A DNA stretch of 64,000 nt from Dimorphilus gyrociliatus. Taxonomy: Eukaryota > Animalia > Annelida. Below, piece by piece: positions 1 through 11,930 of this stretch. Every line of letters begins with the position of its first letter. The stretch's first letter is position 1. Under the pieces are notes generated by a model that was given only the letters and a program-made list of their open reading frames with translations, did not search any database and was not told the DNA's origin. The stretch covers positions 124,001 to 188,000 of the forward strand of contig CAJFCJ010000017.1 of NCBI GenBank assembly GCA_904063045.1, in the 5' to 3' direction. The position numbers were made by a program, and so were the translations under genes.

Positions 1-244
1 TTGACGATACTTTGGATTTTTCACTTAAAACAAAACAGATCGTAATTTTTTCCCTCACATGTATAGAGAGATTTAACCACAATCCGTTTCTCCTAAACGT
101 TATAATTACCTTTATTGGTTTGTATTAATAAGTTATATAACATATTCTCTATACTATACACACACAGTTTATGTATAATCGCTATTCATTGTGTATTTGT
201 TTATATTTGTTTATTTATGTCGTCTTCCTAGGTTATGGTAAATG

Positions 245-248
<4 letters not shown>

Positions 249-282
<34 letters not shown>
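249..282. repeat. (AT)n microsatellite
   Basis: Uninterrupted AT dinucleotide run read directly; one example of many in the window. Confidence 0.9.
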
Positions 283-288
<6 letters not shown>

Positions 289-1825
289 TTATATATCCTT
301 TACCCTTTCTTATTACTCGTATTATTACTATTATTATTATATTATATAAAAAGAAACCGATAATTGCTTTTTCTTCTCTGCTTTCTCTCTCAACTTAAAT
401 GGGGACAAGGACAAACTGTTAAAGATTTCCTTTTCCGCTTACTTCAACCTTTTAAAGCGTTTATAGTATAATAGAATGAATTCTCTTTCTTGCAATTATA
501 ACATCTTTAGGGAAAGTTGCATGATAAAATTAAAAGAAATACGCCATCTATTGCCCTTTTTCTGCAAAAGGAAAATCTTGTAATTTTGTCTTTACGACTA
601 CTAGGCAACAAAAAAAAACGAGAGTAAAAAAAAGGGAGGGGCGGAGTGGGTGGATTAGAACGAAGAAGAAGAAGAATGAAAGAAGGAATGAGAGAGGGGA
701 TAGAGAGTGGGAAAGCAGGGGGAGGTGCTGAAGGGGGAAAGAGGGAGGAAAAAGGTCAAGGAGGAATTGGCTGTGGGTAGATAGATAGAAAGATAGATAG
801 ATAGAGAGGAAGGAGGAAAGGCAAAGGATCAGGAAGGGAATTGAATTACTGGAGTAATAATATGACATTGAATATTAGAAATTTTTGAAAATTAAACCCA
901 CACATCGTATTTAATTAAAATATCCAAACAGCTGTTGGGTGATAATAAGTCTCTTTCTATGAAATAGAAAAAAAAAGCCCCATTATATTCATTCCGTTTC
1001 GGTCAATATCCTATACAATATTTTGCCGTTTCCGTCAATTACTACGAACCATACTCGTCTTTAGTTTCTTTCTCTGTGAAGAGAAAAGAGAATGTATATT
1101 TTCTGCCTACATTTTTCCTTTTGCTTCGTGATAATAAGCTTAAAAATTCTGGACGGCCAGCTAATCAGTACTATTGAGTTGATCGATCGATAAAAATTGA
1201 CCATAAAAAACGAAGCGTAATAGTTTAGATTCGATCTGCTTTTCTCAAGGACTATTGTCAGAGGATATTGACCCTTCATATGCAAATGAGAATTGTCCTT
1301 TCCTTACTATACAGTATACTATCGCGTATATACTTTGCATTAATATATGTATAAATTATATAAACAAAAATACTATTAATATATGAATTAATGCAAGTGT
1401 ATATAAAACCAGTAGAACCTATTATATAGACGATTTGCTGACTTTGAATATACAATAAAAAATGCAGAAATACACAATCAACATAATGAAAAACATGTGC
1501 AATTTTTTTATAAACAATCACATCTCTTCGTATTTGAAATTAAAACTATATTTGTTTCAATTCCATGAACAAGATTGAATAGATTTCGTTAGTTCTTTTA
1601 TAATTTTACTCCTTCTCTCTCTCTCTCTCTCTCTCTCACTTCTTTTATTATCATACGTCAATACGTTGTTTAAATGAAAGAGTAGCCTAGTACTGTTCAT
1701 AATATAGTAAATATAGGTCAGTTGAATAAACTAGGGGATTTATGTCAAATTAAAAGAGATTTTTTTTTCTTTTTTTTCCTTTCAACCAATATTTTACAAG
1801 CTAGAAAATAGGTGAGACGTAGTTT

Positions 1826-1857
<32 letters not shown>

Positions 1858-2949
1858 TCTTTTATATGTCATATGAACTTGATTTTTTTTTTTCATAAGG
1901 CGGTTGTACTCGCCTATTTGTACAAGTCTTTTAAAGCTATATTAAGAAAGATTGTTTAGCGATTCTCTTCCTTCTCATACAATGTAATGCATCGTTTAGT
2001 GTACAACGTATAAAATATAGACAATACACTTTAGCCGTTCATGACTTGGCTTGGAAAATTTTCTTTATTTTTTTTTTCTGCTTATAGGCCTTTACAGACT
2101 ATGGTATAAGTTAAAGGGATATTTTAGGATGGATTTCTGTACATTTTATTACATGTCCTAACAAAATATGGAAATTATATGTGGGCGACACAAATTCTAT
2201 AATCAATCCAATATTCAACGGTTCATTGTTAAACTGAATGGATAGATAAGCAATTTTCTATTTTTAAGAGGCAGCTAAGCAAAACAGAAGATACGTATAG
2301 AGTATATATATATATATATAGTATTTATATACAGTATAGTAGATATATTAAATTATATATTAATATATATTATATTCTTTGAAATGTTTACTGTACGTAG
2401 ACCTTTTAAATATGCTATACAGCATATTCAACATATTCAACAGTGAGAAAAGTCTTCCTAAAATCTATAATATACACCACAGTCTGCCAAGTTTTAATTA
2501 ATAAATTACTCATAACTTTTCAATTATTACTACAACTGATTATTTAGAAAGTAGGAAGAAGCAAATTCGAAGTAAGGGGATTATCTCTTTGTACTTTATA
2601 ACAAGGTCAATCATCCTAAAGTTGAGGGGAGGGGGAAAAAACTACAGGGAAAGAAAAATTCAATAAAGTCTAAACTGGAAAAAAAAATCTATTTATTAAT
2701 AAGCAGACCACGAACGCAAAATAATCGATGCTGCAAACGAGTGCATGTAATATCTTGACCGACAGATATCCACATTGCAGATTTTTTTTTTGCAGTTGTT
2801 GCAGATGGATCGTACTACGTAGTATATATAGAGGTCAGAGGTGAAAAAAGGCAAAATGGTATACACCTTGGCTTGTTTGTAAAAAAAATTATTGTGTACC
2901 AGTGAAAAGAACTGTGAAATTTTGCAGTACATGATCTAAGAACCCTTAT

Positions 2950-3460
2950 TATAGTACTACGCGTCGTAGTGCGTCTAGGTCAATGGTGACGAAAAGCAAA
3001 TTGCCATTGTTTATCTTTATGCAGCTGCGTACGGTAAAATATAACGGTAGATGACTTTACTATTAAAAATATACAGTTGAGAAAAGAACGCGCGAGTCGG
3101 CCGCTATTAATCACGTTTCGGACGCGGCTGAGAAAGAAAGATAAACGATCTGGTCTTTTTTTTTTCTTCTTCTTCTTCTTCTCCTCTCTTTTCTTTACTA
3201 GCAAAAAAAATTGCAGTCGCAGGAAAAAAATACGGCTTGTTTACGCGGCCGTAAAGCGATTGTAATTGTTCAGGTGGCGCTGGATCGAGGTCAGCTGTCT
3301 GGGTCGTTTGTCGCCACCCCACTAGGAGGCGCTAGTGCAGACGAGAATCCTGCAAAAATATCGAACAGCGTTTTATAGAGGCGAGATATTCGGTGAGGAA
3401 AAAGAGAAGGTACGTCTAGGTGGCGTCTAAAGCGTCTCCTTCCAAACCTCATTTTTCGAG
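2950..3460 (+). promoter_or_regulatory. GC/CpG-rich putative promoter of the ataxin-1-like gene, with three CTCF-like motifs
   Basis: Locally CpG-rich against an AT-rich background, directly upstream of ATG 3464. Contains CAGGTGGCGC (3271-3280), CCACTAGGAGGCGC (3319-3332) and TCTAGGTGGCGT (3415-3426), resembling the CTCF core CCASYAGRKGGCRS. Function is inferred. Confidence 0.55.
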
Positions 3461-3463
3461 AGG

Positions 3464-5623
3464 ATGAGCTTACTGGACTATTGCAGTAATTTCACTGACG
3501 TCAGCAGTTCGATCGGTTTATCTAATCTTATCCTTATATAAAAACGTATATAAATCAATATATCGATATTTATTTTTTTCTACAGAACAATGCTCCGTTA
3601 GATCTATGAGACCGAGAAGGACACCCGAGACGCATGCCCGAACCTCTCATGATCACGTGACATCACCCTACTTAGATAATCGCCTCTTCCTATCCTCCTT
3701 TCCTCCTCCATTCTACGATCACCTTAGGTTTAGCCATGCTCGATATCGACCTTACGAAAGGGTTCCACCTCTTCCTCAAGCCCCTATTAGACCGGCTGTA
3801 GAAGCTGAAGAAGATAAACTTTATCCCGCTCATTTTCGTAGAGGTTCAATAATTGAATTGGCAGATGGTAAGTTAAAGAAAATAGAAGATCTAAGAGAAG
3901 AGGATTTTAGGAGTTGCGCCAACCTTTCCACTGAATATAGCGTTGATTCATCTACTCTCTTGAAAATTGAACGGCCTAGTGCGACGTCTAGCGTCGTTAC
4001 ATTAAAGTTTGGCGTTGGAAATAGTCGGATTGAGGTTTGTGTTGAATTTTTTATAAAAAAAAAAAAATCGATTTTATTTTGTGTTGTCGTCGATTTGTTA
4101 CTATATCGTTAAGTTAGAGAAATAGTAGGACTACAATCAAGAGCGTGGTTATTATATGTTTAACTATTTATACGTTCTAGTATTTTCTTACACTTCCTTT
4201 TTTTTGTATTAGGCCTATCAAGGTAAACTAAAGTCTCTTCTATTTTATCGGATTTCCAAGTTAATAGGATAATAAATATGAAATCAAATTATCGCGTTTG
4301 TAGCAACGTCGATCTCACTTTTCTGTTTACAATTGTTGGATTAATCATAAAGAGAATGGCTTTTTATATCGTAAATATTAGGGTTAAACTCTTGTAAATT
4401 TCTTTTTCTTTCTTTCTATCAATCTGTCTTTCTATGTATGTATGTTATGTATGTTATGTATGTATGTATGTCTCCCTCTCTCTCTCTCTTTTCTGTTTCG
4501 TTCTCTTTATTTTCTTTGTCTCTATTGAATTTTTTTCTTAGAGTAATCTAATAACATTCAATTTTTCTGCTTTTCATACCTATATAATATAGTATTGCCA
4601 TAATATTTTGATTGTAACTGAAGCAGAAAAGGTGCGGTTTTTAGATTTAGCTCTACTTTTTCTTTCATGTATTCATTCATTCATTCATACATTCATTCAG
4701 TCCTTCCGTATCCTTCTTTTTGTTCTTCTTGTTCTTGTTCTTTTCGTCCTCCTCCATATGCTCTCTCCTACTCTCTCTCTCTCTCTCTTTTCTTATCTTG
4801 CATATTTTTGTGGTCTCCATTAACTAGTTTTCTATAATAATATTATAGGTTACTATATCGTTACTTGATCATCTTTCTCGTATTAAATTCTACGCTAAAA
4901 TACTATCTCACCCGCCGACCCGCCGACCTACCAACCTCCCACCCCATCTTTTACGTCTTCCTTCCCCCACCCTCCACTAGCGTTAATGTTGAAGATATCC
5001 CTCTATCCTCTCTTTTATTTTTCCCACTTAGCATTCTCCCAAATGGCTATGGCAGGAATAGGGAATTTTACTAATCAGAATAAAATCGATAGTTTTTCTA
5101 GACTCTCACTTAAACTATAATCCTAAGAATAGCATGAAAGAAACTGCAGAAAAAAGACAAAAAAGAAAGAAAAAGCACTTTTAATGTAATGTTAGAGGAT
5201 TTAAGTTTTTTTTTTATTACATGGATATTTATAGTAAATAATTGTAAAAAAAAAAAAGAAGAGAGCTTAGTTTATGAGTTTTTCGAGTACTATTTCTATC
5301 ATTTTAAAGCCATATAGTGGTTGTGATAAATTGGACTATTTGGAAAAAAAGGCAATATTTCTAGAGATTGAGTAATAGGCGAATAGTAGAAAAGAGACCT
5401 GGTTTATACATCATAGTGGTATCCCGATTGTATGCCATTTAAACTGACGAATTGGTGTATAAAAATGTTAGGCCTTCTTACTCTCAGTGCATAGACATAA
5501 TGAAATGGATTTTTCAAAGTCCGTAAGCCTAACGTTCTAAATATACTATACCCTACTCATTTCTATTATAAGTATAATATGCTGGTGTTAAAAAAAGACT
5601 AGCCTCTCTCCCTCCCTCCTTCC

Positions 5624-5654
<31 letters not shown>

Positions 5655-6561
5655 TCTCATTCTCTTTCTCGATATATCGTCTATCTCTGTTTTTGTCTCA
5701 CTTTTTTTTTTCACTCTCTCTCTCTGTTCGTTTCACTCTTTCTTTTCTTTTACGGCTATTTTTATTCCTTTTCAATGTTTTGTATCTACGATATACAGCT
5801 TATCTCTTAGCTAGTCTATTCAAAAGGCCACTTTAGGTTGTTTAAAGGAAGAAGAGGAAGAAGAAGAAAGAGATAGTAAATCTAAACTCTATCTTAATAA
5901 AAATTAAATATTTATTAATAGAACGTTAACGACAGTAGAGTTTTGTATAAAAGGTTAAAATTAGCATTTAGTTTAGAATCAAATTTCTATGTTGTTCAAT
6001 AAAAAATATGAAATTAATTTAAGAAGAAATAAAGAGAAAGGCCTCTTTTTTTCTATATCTTTTCTTTAAATAAAGAATGAAATGTAAAAGGTTTTTATGT
6101 GGAAAGCCTAAATAGAGAAAAAAAGAGTTTATTGTTAAACATACAAGGCTATAAAATTAGAACCTTGAAGTATGGAGAAGAAAATCTATTATAATAATTG
6201 AACGTCCTATGAAAGTTACATTTCTTTGAATAAGACGCATATCATTGCATAAGAAATACGTAATTATTTTCTATTTAGGCTTAGTAAATGCTTCAATAAG
6301 AGTTCTTCTATTAACTATCGAATTAGATAATCGTGATCCGCCCACGTTCTAAGTGTAATTGTATAAATAAAATACACGATAAATAATATATATAAACAGT
6401 ATAGATATATGTATATATTTATATTTATAGTACAACCTTTAATTTCTTATTATACGCTTTAGAAACGGCAAAGCGTTTAGGAAAAAATTCTGTAAATTTC
6501 TATAAAAACCCTTGCCTTATTTATTAGACAGAGCATTATAAGGAGTGAGTGAAAGAGGGAG

Positions 6562-6599
<38 letters not shown>

Positions 6600-7095
6600 G
6601 ATGGAGAGAGTAGAAACGATGCATATAAAAGGAGTGAGAGAGAGAGAGCTTTATTTATAGAAAGAAAAAACCTCCAATGAAATGACCCACATTTTATTTT
6701 TACCGTATTTCGTTTATATAAAGAAAATAAAGACAAATAATTTGTTTTAGTGTAGAGATATTTTTTCTTTATTTGCACTTGAAAAAAAAACTATAATTGA
6801 TTAATATTTTTTTATATTAATACATATTTCTTATACGCCTACAATACTATACATTTATACGTATACGTATATTTATGATCTTCCTCTTTCTCTTCAGGTT
6901 AATGTTGTTGCAGCAATAGAACATCCATTTTTTGTTATTGGCCAGACTTGGTCTTCTTGTGAACCAGAAGCCACGCATAGACGTTACGGACTGACATGCA
7001 GGCGTCTAAGCGTTGGAGACGTCTGTATTTCATTACGGCAGAGAGAAAAGACGCCTGAAGAAACGGTCGATGTGGTCGGTGATAATCCTGCATAA
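3464..7095 (+). CDS. ATXN1: Ataxin-1-like AXH-domain protein, about 232 aa, 3 coding exons
   Basis: Exons 3464-3515, 3586-4034 and 6898-7095; GT-AG introns of 70 and 2863 nt, phase-compatible. Spliced AXH: YPAHFRRGSIIELADGKLKKIEDLREEDF...VDSSTLLKIE...LKFGVGNSRIE|VNVVAAIEHPFFVIGQTWSSCEPEATHRRYGLTCRRLSVGDVCISL, matching the ataxin-1 pattern (HFMKGSIIQLANGELKKVEDL...VEYPFFVFGQGWSSC...LSVGDVCISL). Exon 1 is less certain than exons 2-3. Confidence 0.92.
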
Positions 7096-7971
7096 AAAAA
7101 AAAAAGATTCTACCTCTTTTTGATCGGGAGGATATTACGCTGACTGGCGATCTTATATCCATCTCATTATAAAGGGTGATAATTTAAATTGAATATTTTT
7201 GCATAATTTCATTAATTACAAAAAAAAGAAGAAAGATTTTCGCCCTTTTTCACCTGTTTATATGCTTCTAGTATTAAAATAATTGAATAATTGTTTTATT
7301 GTTTTCTAAAACCCGCATGCAGAATTCTGATTTTATTTCGAAATGAGAATTTTGAAATCAGCATTTGTACAGTTTGAACAAAAAAAACAACATTTTTTCA
7401 ATAAAAGAAAAAAGATAATAAAACAGGGTTTTAACAACAAAAAACAACAACAACAAAAACAACAACACTTTCTTACTTGAACACAGAAAAGTTAATAATA
7501 ATAATAATAATGAAAGAAAAATGTTCAAAACTATGAATAGTTAATTAGAATTCAAACAATTTTTTTTTTTTTTGTATTTTTAAAGAATAAAGTATTTCAA
7601 TCTGCAAAAGAGAGATATTAAACAACAACAGTAACAGCAGTATAATCGTTATTATTAACTATTGAAAAAAATGAATAAAAAAGAAATTATATTTATAATA
7701 ATACATTATATTGAAAAAGAGAATAAAAATTCAAATGCCAAAAATTTAATCTTCTTGAATATATGCACTAAATACATAAAATGTTTGTTTAATTGCATTA
7801 AAAAAAAAAAAGGAAAAGAAAATAATAATCAAGGCCTATTCACAGTTTTTTTCTTCTTCTTCTTTTCTCTCTCTTATTGTTTTTTTAATTTTATTTTATA
7901 CTTGAACAAAAGTCTATATATTTTATATAAATACAGTATATGTGTTTGCAAAAAGTATTTAAAAATAAAAA

Positions 7972-8002
<31 letters not shown>

Positions 8003-11000
8003 AAGATTGTTCGTAGAATAATAGAATTAATCATACGTGTATATGAAAAAGTATGTAGATATTTTTTACACTATTTGCATTTATGCAATGTCAATAAAAT
8101 GTCGGCATTAGTTTCCTTTTTTTTCTTTTTTTTTTCTTTTTCAACAGTCAATATATGCTATTCTCCATTCGAACAGTAATTAACTCTTAGAAATTTTCTG
8201 TCGTACTAAGAACGATCAAAGTTTCAATATTACTTCATATTACAAGGGGGGAAGGGAGTTTTAGTAATTTTGTTACAAGTACATTTCTCTGTTTGCCCTT
8301 TTTCTCTCGTTTTGTCTCTCGCGTTCTTTCTCCTTTGTTTTGTTTTAACCTTCAATCGGTAATTTATTATTCAAATAGACGAATACGCTTGTAAAGCAAC
8401 GTTCCCTTTTCCAGATTGAACGGCGATACAGTAGAAACTATAATATTAGTTTAGGCAATACTTGCTTCTTTGTTTTGCGGAGGCGTTATCGATGACACTC
8501 TTCTGATTCAAAATATTACAATGTGTACATAAAATATAGATATAGAGAGAAAAAATATATGTTAAGTACATATAGTATATGTGTATATATATCTTTATAT
8601 ACATATATTCGTTTAAGCTGTTTGAACGAGTAGAGAGAGGGATGGCAGATAGGCTGTCAGAATACATACACACATTCATACATGCATACCGTACATAAGT
8701 ACATAAAAACGTGAATGAACTCTCCAATTAAAATGTTGAAATTACTTTTGAATAAAAGATTTATTAGGATTATAATAAAGAGAAAGCATAACAAATTTTT
8801 ATCGAATTGAATTAAAGTTGATTTGAAACGAATAACAATAATAATAGTAATAATAATAATAATAATAATAAATTAATATTGAATTATTTCAAATGTTTTA
8901 ATAATTCTGTTCAAAACGTAATAAAGTAAAAAAAAAATTATTATTTTTCATATATTTTAACTTTTATAAATAAAATTAAAACACAAATAAAAATCTATTA
9001 AAATAATAATCAAAAGCTTTAGTTTTTTTTGTTTCTTTATTCTTTTAGAGAACATCTGCCTTATATAGGCCATTACTACTATCAATAGTATATATGATAA
9101 ATAATAAAATTGCAGATGTGTCGTTTAAAAAAATATTCTCATTTATACTACAAAGTGAACACCTACGCAGATAAAAATAAAAGATAAGAGTAAGAATAAT
9201 CTTTATTATTTCTTCTTTCTGTTATTAAAGCGCTAAGAACAAAAAACAAAAAAATGGAATTAAAACGTTTCCTTCCGCTTTCTTCTTCTTCTTCTTCTTC
9301 TTCTTCTTCTTCTTCGTTTACTTCTTCATCTTCCTCTTTCCTTCCTAGATAGAATGGCGAAAACAAAAATAGAAAAAGTTTAATTCGAAAAGCATACAGT
9401 AAACTTATAGGTTTGTATATAAACTATATATATATATATATACATATTTTATATAATATACAGTATATTGATATTTTATACTGTTTATATATCTACGTAT
9501 AAATAAGCATTTTTACTAAATATCTATTCTTTTCACTTATTTACGTTCAGGCCTATTCTTACACTCTCATACTTTATCTTAATTTTCTATTTTAATTCTA
9601 TATAAATATAAATACATCTTTAGTCTATTTATAGCTGCACTCGACATATATCTTCTATTAACTGTACCATGTACATGACATACATAGACACAAATAAATA
9701 TTCCGTCACATTTAATACATATATAGTGTATATATATATATATATACAGTATATAAGATTTGATACACACATACCTTCTTCTTGCCTTCCTGCCTTTCCG
9801 CCTCCCGCCCTCCATCTCCTATCTATCCCTGCATTCTATTTCAACGGCCCTTCATATTTATATTTTACAAATGAATAAAAAAATGTAGAGCTCATACATT
9901 TGCAGCCCTGACTAAATTTCAAAGGTAAGTTATAGGCCTACAGATGCTAAAGAGAAAACACCTGTCCTTTTTCAACATCTCTTTCACATTTATCTTTGAT
10001 GTTGGAGCATTTTGCAAGCCTGTTACAATGTTACAAGAAAACATCTACATTATTTGATCTTACGATTCTAGTAGTACACTTCAGAAAAGTTATTTGTAAT
10101 AAGCGTTTAGTAAGCTTAATAATAAAGAGTAAAGAGACAGAAGAAGAAGAAGAAGAAGATGATAATGATGATGACGACGACGATAGTAAAACTGGAATAA
10201 AAACATTAAAAGAAAGGAAAGAGAAAATGAAACGTTTAACGATTTTTCTTGATTTCTTTTGCCTCTCCCTTCCTTTGAGTAAAGGATTTGTTCAATATTT
10301 AAATGGAACGTATCCAATTTAAATAAAAAACAAAAAAAAAAGAAAAAGTCCTTTCCCTATCTTTTTCCCATTTAGTAAAACATGCGAAAATCGCATTCTT
10401 CTACTGCGAAATCAGCTTTTATACGGGTTTCACCGAAGCCGCTTCCGTAGGAAAGTAAATGTGTCGTCGTCGGCCTCAAGTTTGTTGAATAATTAAAGAA
10501 TTTACTCTGCTGGTTTTTTTTTTCCTTTTAATACATTATACTTGTTCAGATGCTGTTTAAAAATTCATTCTTATACGCCTACATCTAATTATTACTTGAC
10601 GACGACAACTTTGTAGTATAAAGTTTTCTCTTTGCCCTTTCTTACTTTCCGCTTCTCTTATTCATCATCATTATCACTATTATTGTTATAGACGTCGTCG
10701 TTGTCGTCGTCGTTTTCTCCGTCTTTTTATCTTTTTCTTCTTCTTCTTCTTCTTCCTCTTCTCCGTATACTTCGTCAACGTCATTCTCACTCTCCTTCGT
10801 TTCATCCATTTTCTCGCCTTTCTCTAGCCCCAGTGCCCTCCCTAATCTTATGTCTTGTTCAGTTAGTACGTTGACTTATTTACGCTTGGATTAGCTAAGG
10901 TTTTGATGCAAAATGTACGCGTGTATATATATATATATATATACGTCAGTGTGTGTACTATTTTTCCTTTATAGTGGAGCATATGTGTAAAAAATACCAC

Positions 11001-11539
11001 CTTTTTTTTTCCACAAAACAAAGTAAGCATTCCTACTGATCGAAAAAAAAATATGTTCAATAAATATGCACGAATGTTGACAGACCTATATAACCGTCGA
11101 AATTAGGCCTACACCATTGACAAATTACGAAAACTCCGTATAGTATACGGACGAGTCGCGACAAGAACAAGATTAATAATGGATCAAAGTCTGCAAAATA
11201 ATCCTGAAGGATTTTTTCATTTATACTTAATATACGCGTTAAAAAAGAAAAGACATAATCAACTGTAGTCTCTACTCTATATTTAATCCTAGTTCGATCG
11301 TTGCAGGAGCCGAAAATTTTCACAATAATACGAACGTAAACGTAATCTATACAAGTATCGTACGTGTCTCGAATCGAATTCCGTTAAGTTTGTACTATGC
11401 GACCTTGACCCCATACACTCTGTAAGCCGGGGGCGCATGTAAAGAAAACGATAATGTAATAATCCGGCAGCAGAATAAACGTTGGTAATGAGCATAGAGA
11501 AGAGGGGAAAGAGTTAAGCTGAGGGTAGGGAAAAAAATT

Positions 11540-11930
11540 CGATCTGTTTGTTCACCTGTCGACCCCCCTTCGAAACCGGCCATTTTCCGCCCTGTTGGAG
11601 AATTTTTCGTCTGTTTTCACCAATTTTCTCTAATGGAAAGGGAAACTATTCTTCTGCTCTCTTTGTCACTTTTAAAAACCTGAAATGCAGCCGTAGAAAA
11701 GGTCAGCTAAAGGTGAAGTTGGACAAGTGAACGGTTTAGTTTTTTCGCCCACGAATTTATCAGTTTTCATTTAATGTCTTCACTTCGACATCTAGTTAGT
11801 TTTTTTTGGGTTTAATAAAAAGCTTGTCAATCATTTCGTCGTTTTGCTAGAGACGCCTAGCGTTTCCGAAGAGCAATGAACTCTTTACTTTGTTCTAGAA
11901 AACTTGAGTATAAGCAGCGCCATCTGAAAA
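11540..11930. promoter_or_regulatory. Promoter-like GC-rich patch with YY1-like and CTCF-like motifs and no assigned gene
   Basis: CCGGCCATTTT at about 11577-11587 (YY1-like; AAAATGGCCGG on the minus strand). GCGCCATCTG at 11917-11926 (CAGATGGCGC on minus). Elevated CpG. The transcript is not identified. Confidence 0.35.

Noticed and set aside
7096-9760. TGTA(C/T)ATA Pumilio-type elements downstream of the ataxin-1-like stop (e.g. 8524, 8582, 9414, 9727)
   Set aside because: Mammalian ATXN1 is PUM1-regulated, but these 8-mers are expected at high frequency in TA-rich DNA and the 3' UTR extent is unknown.
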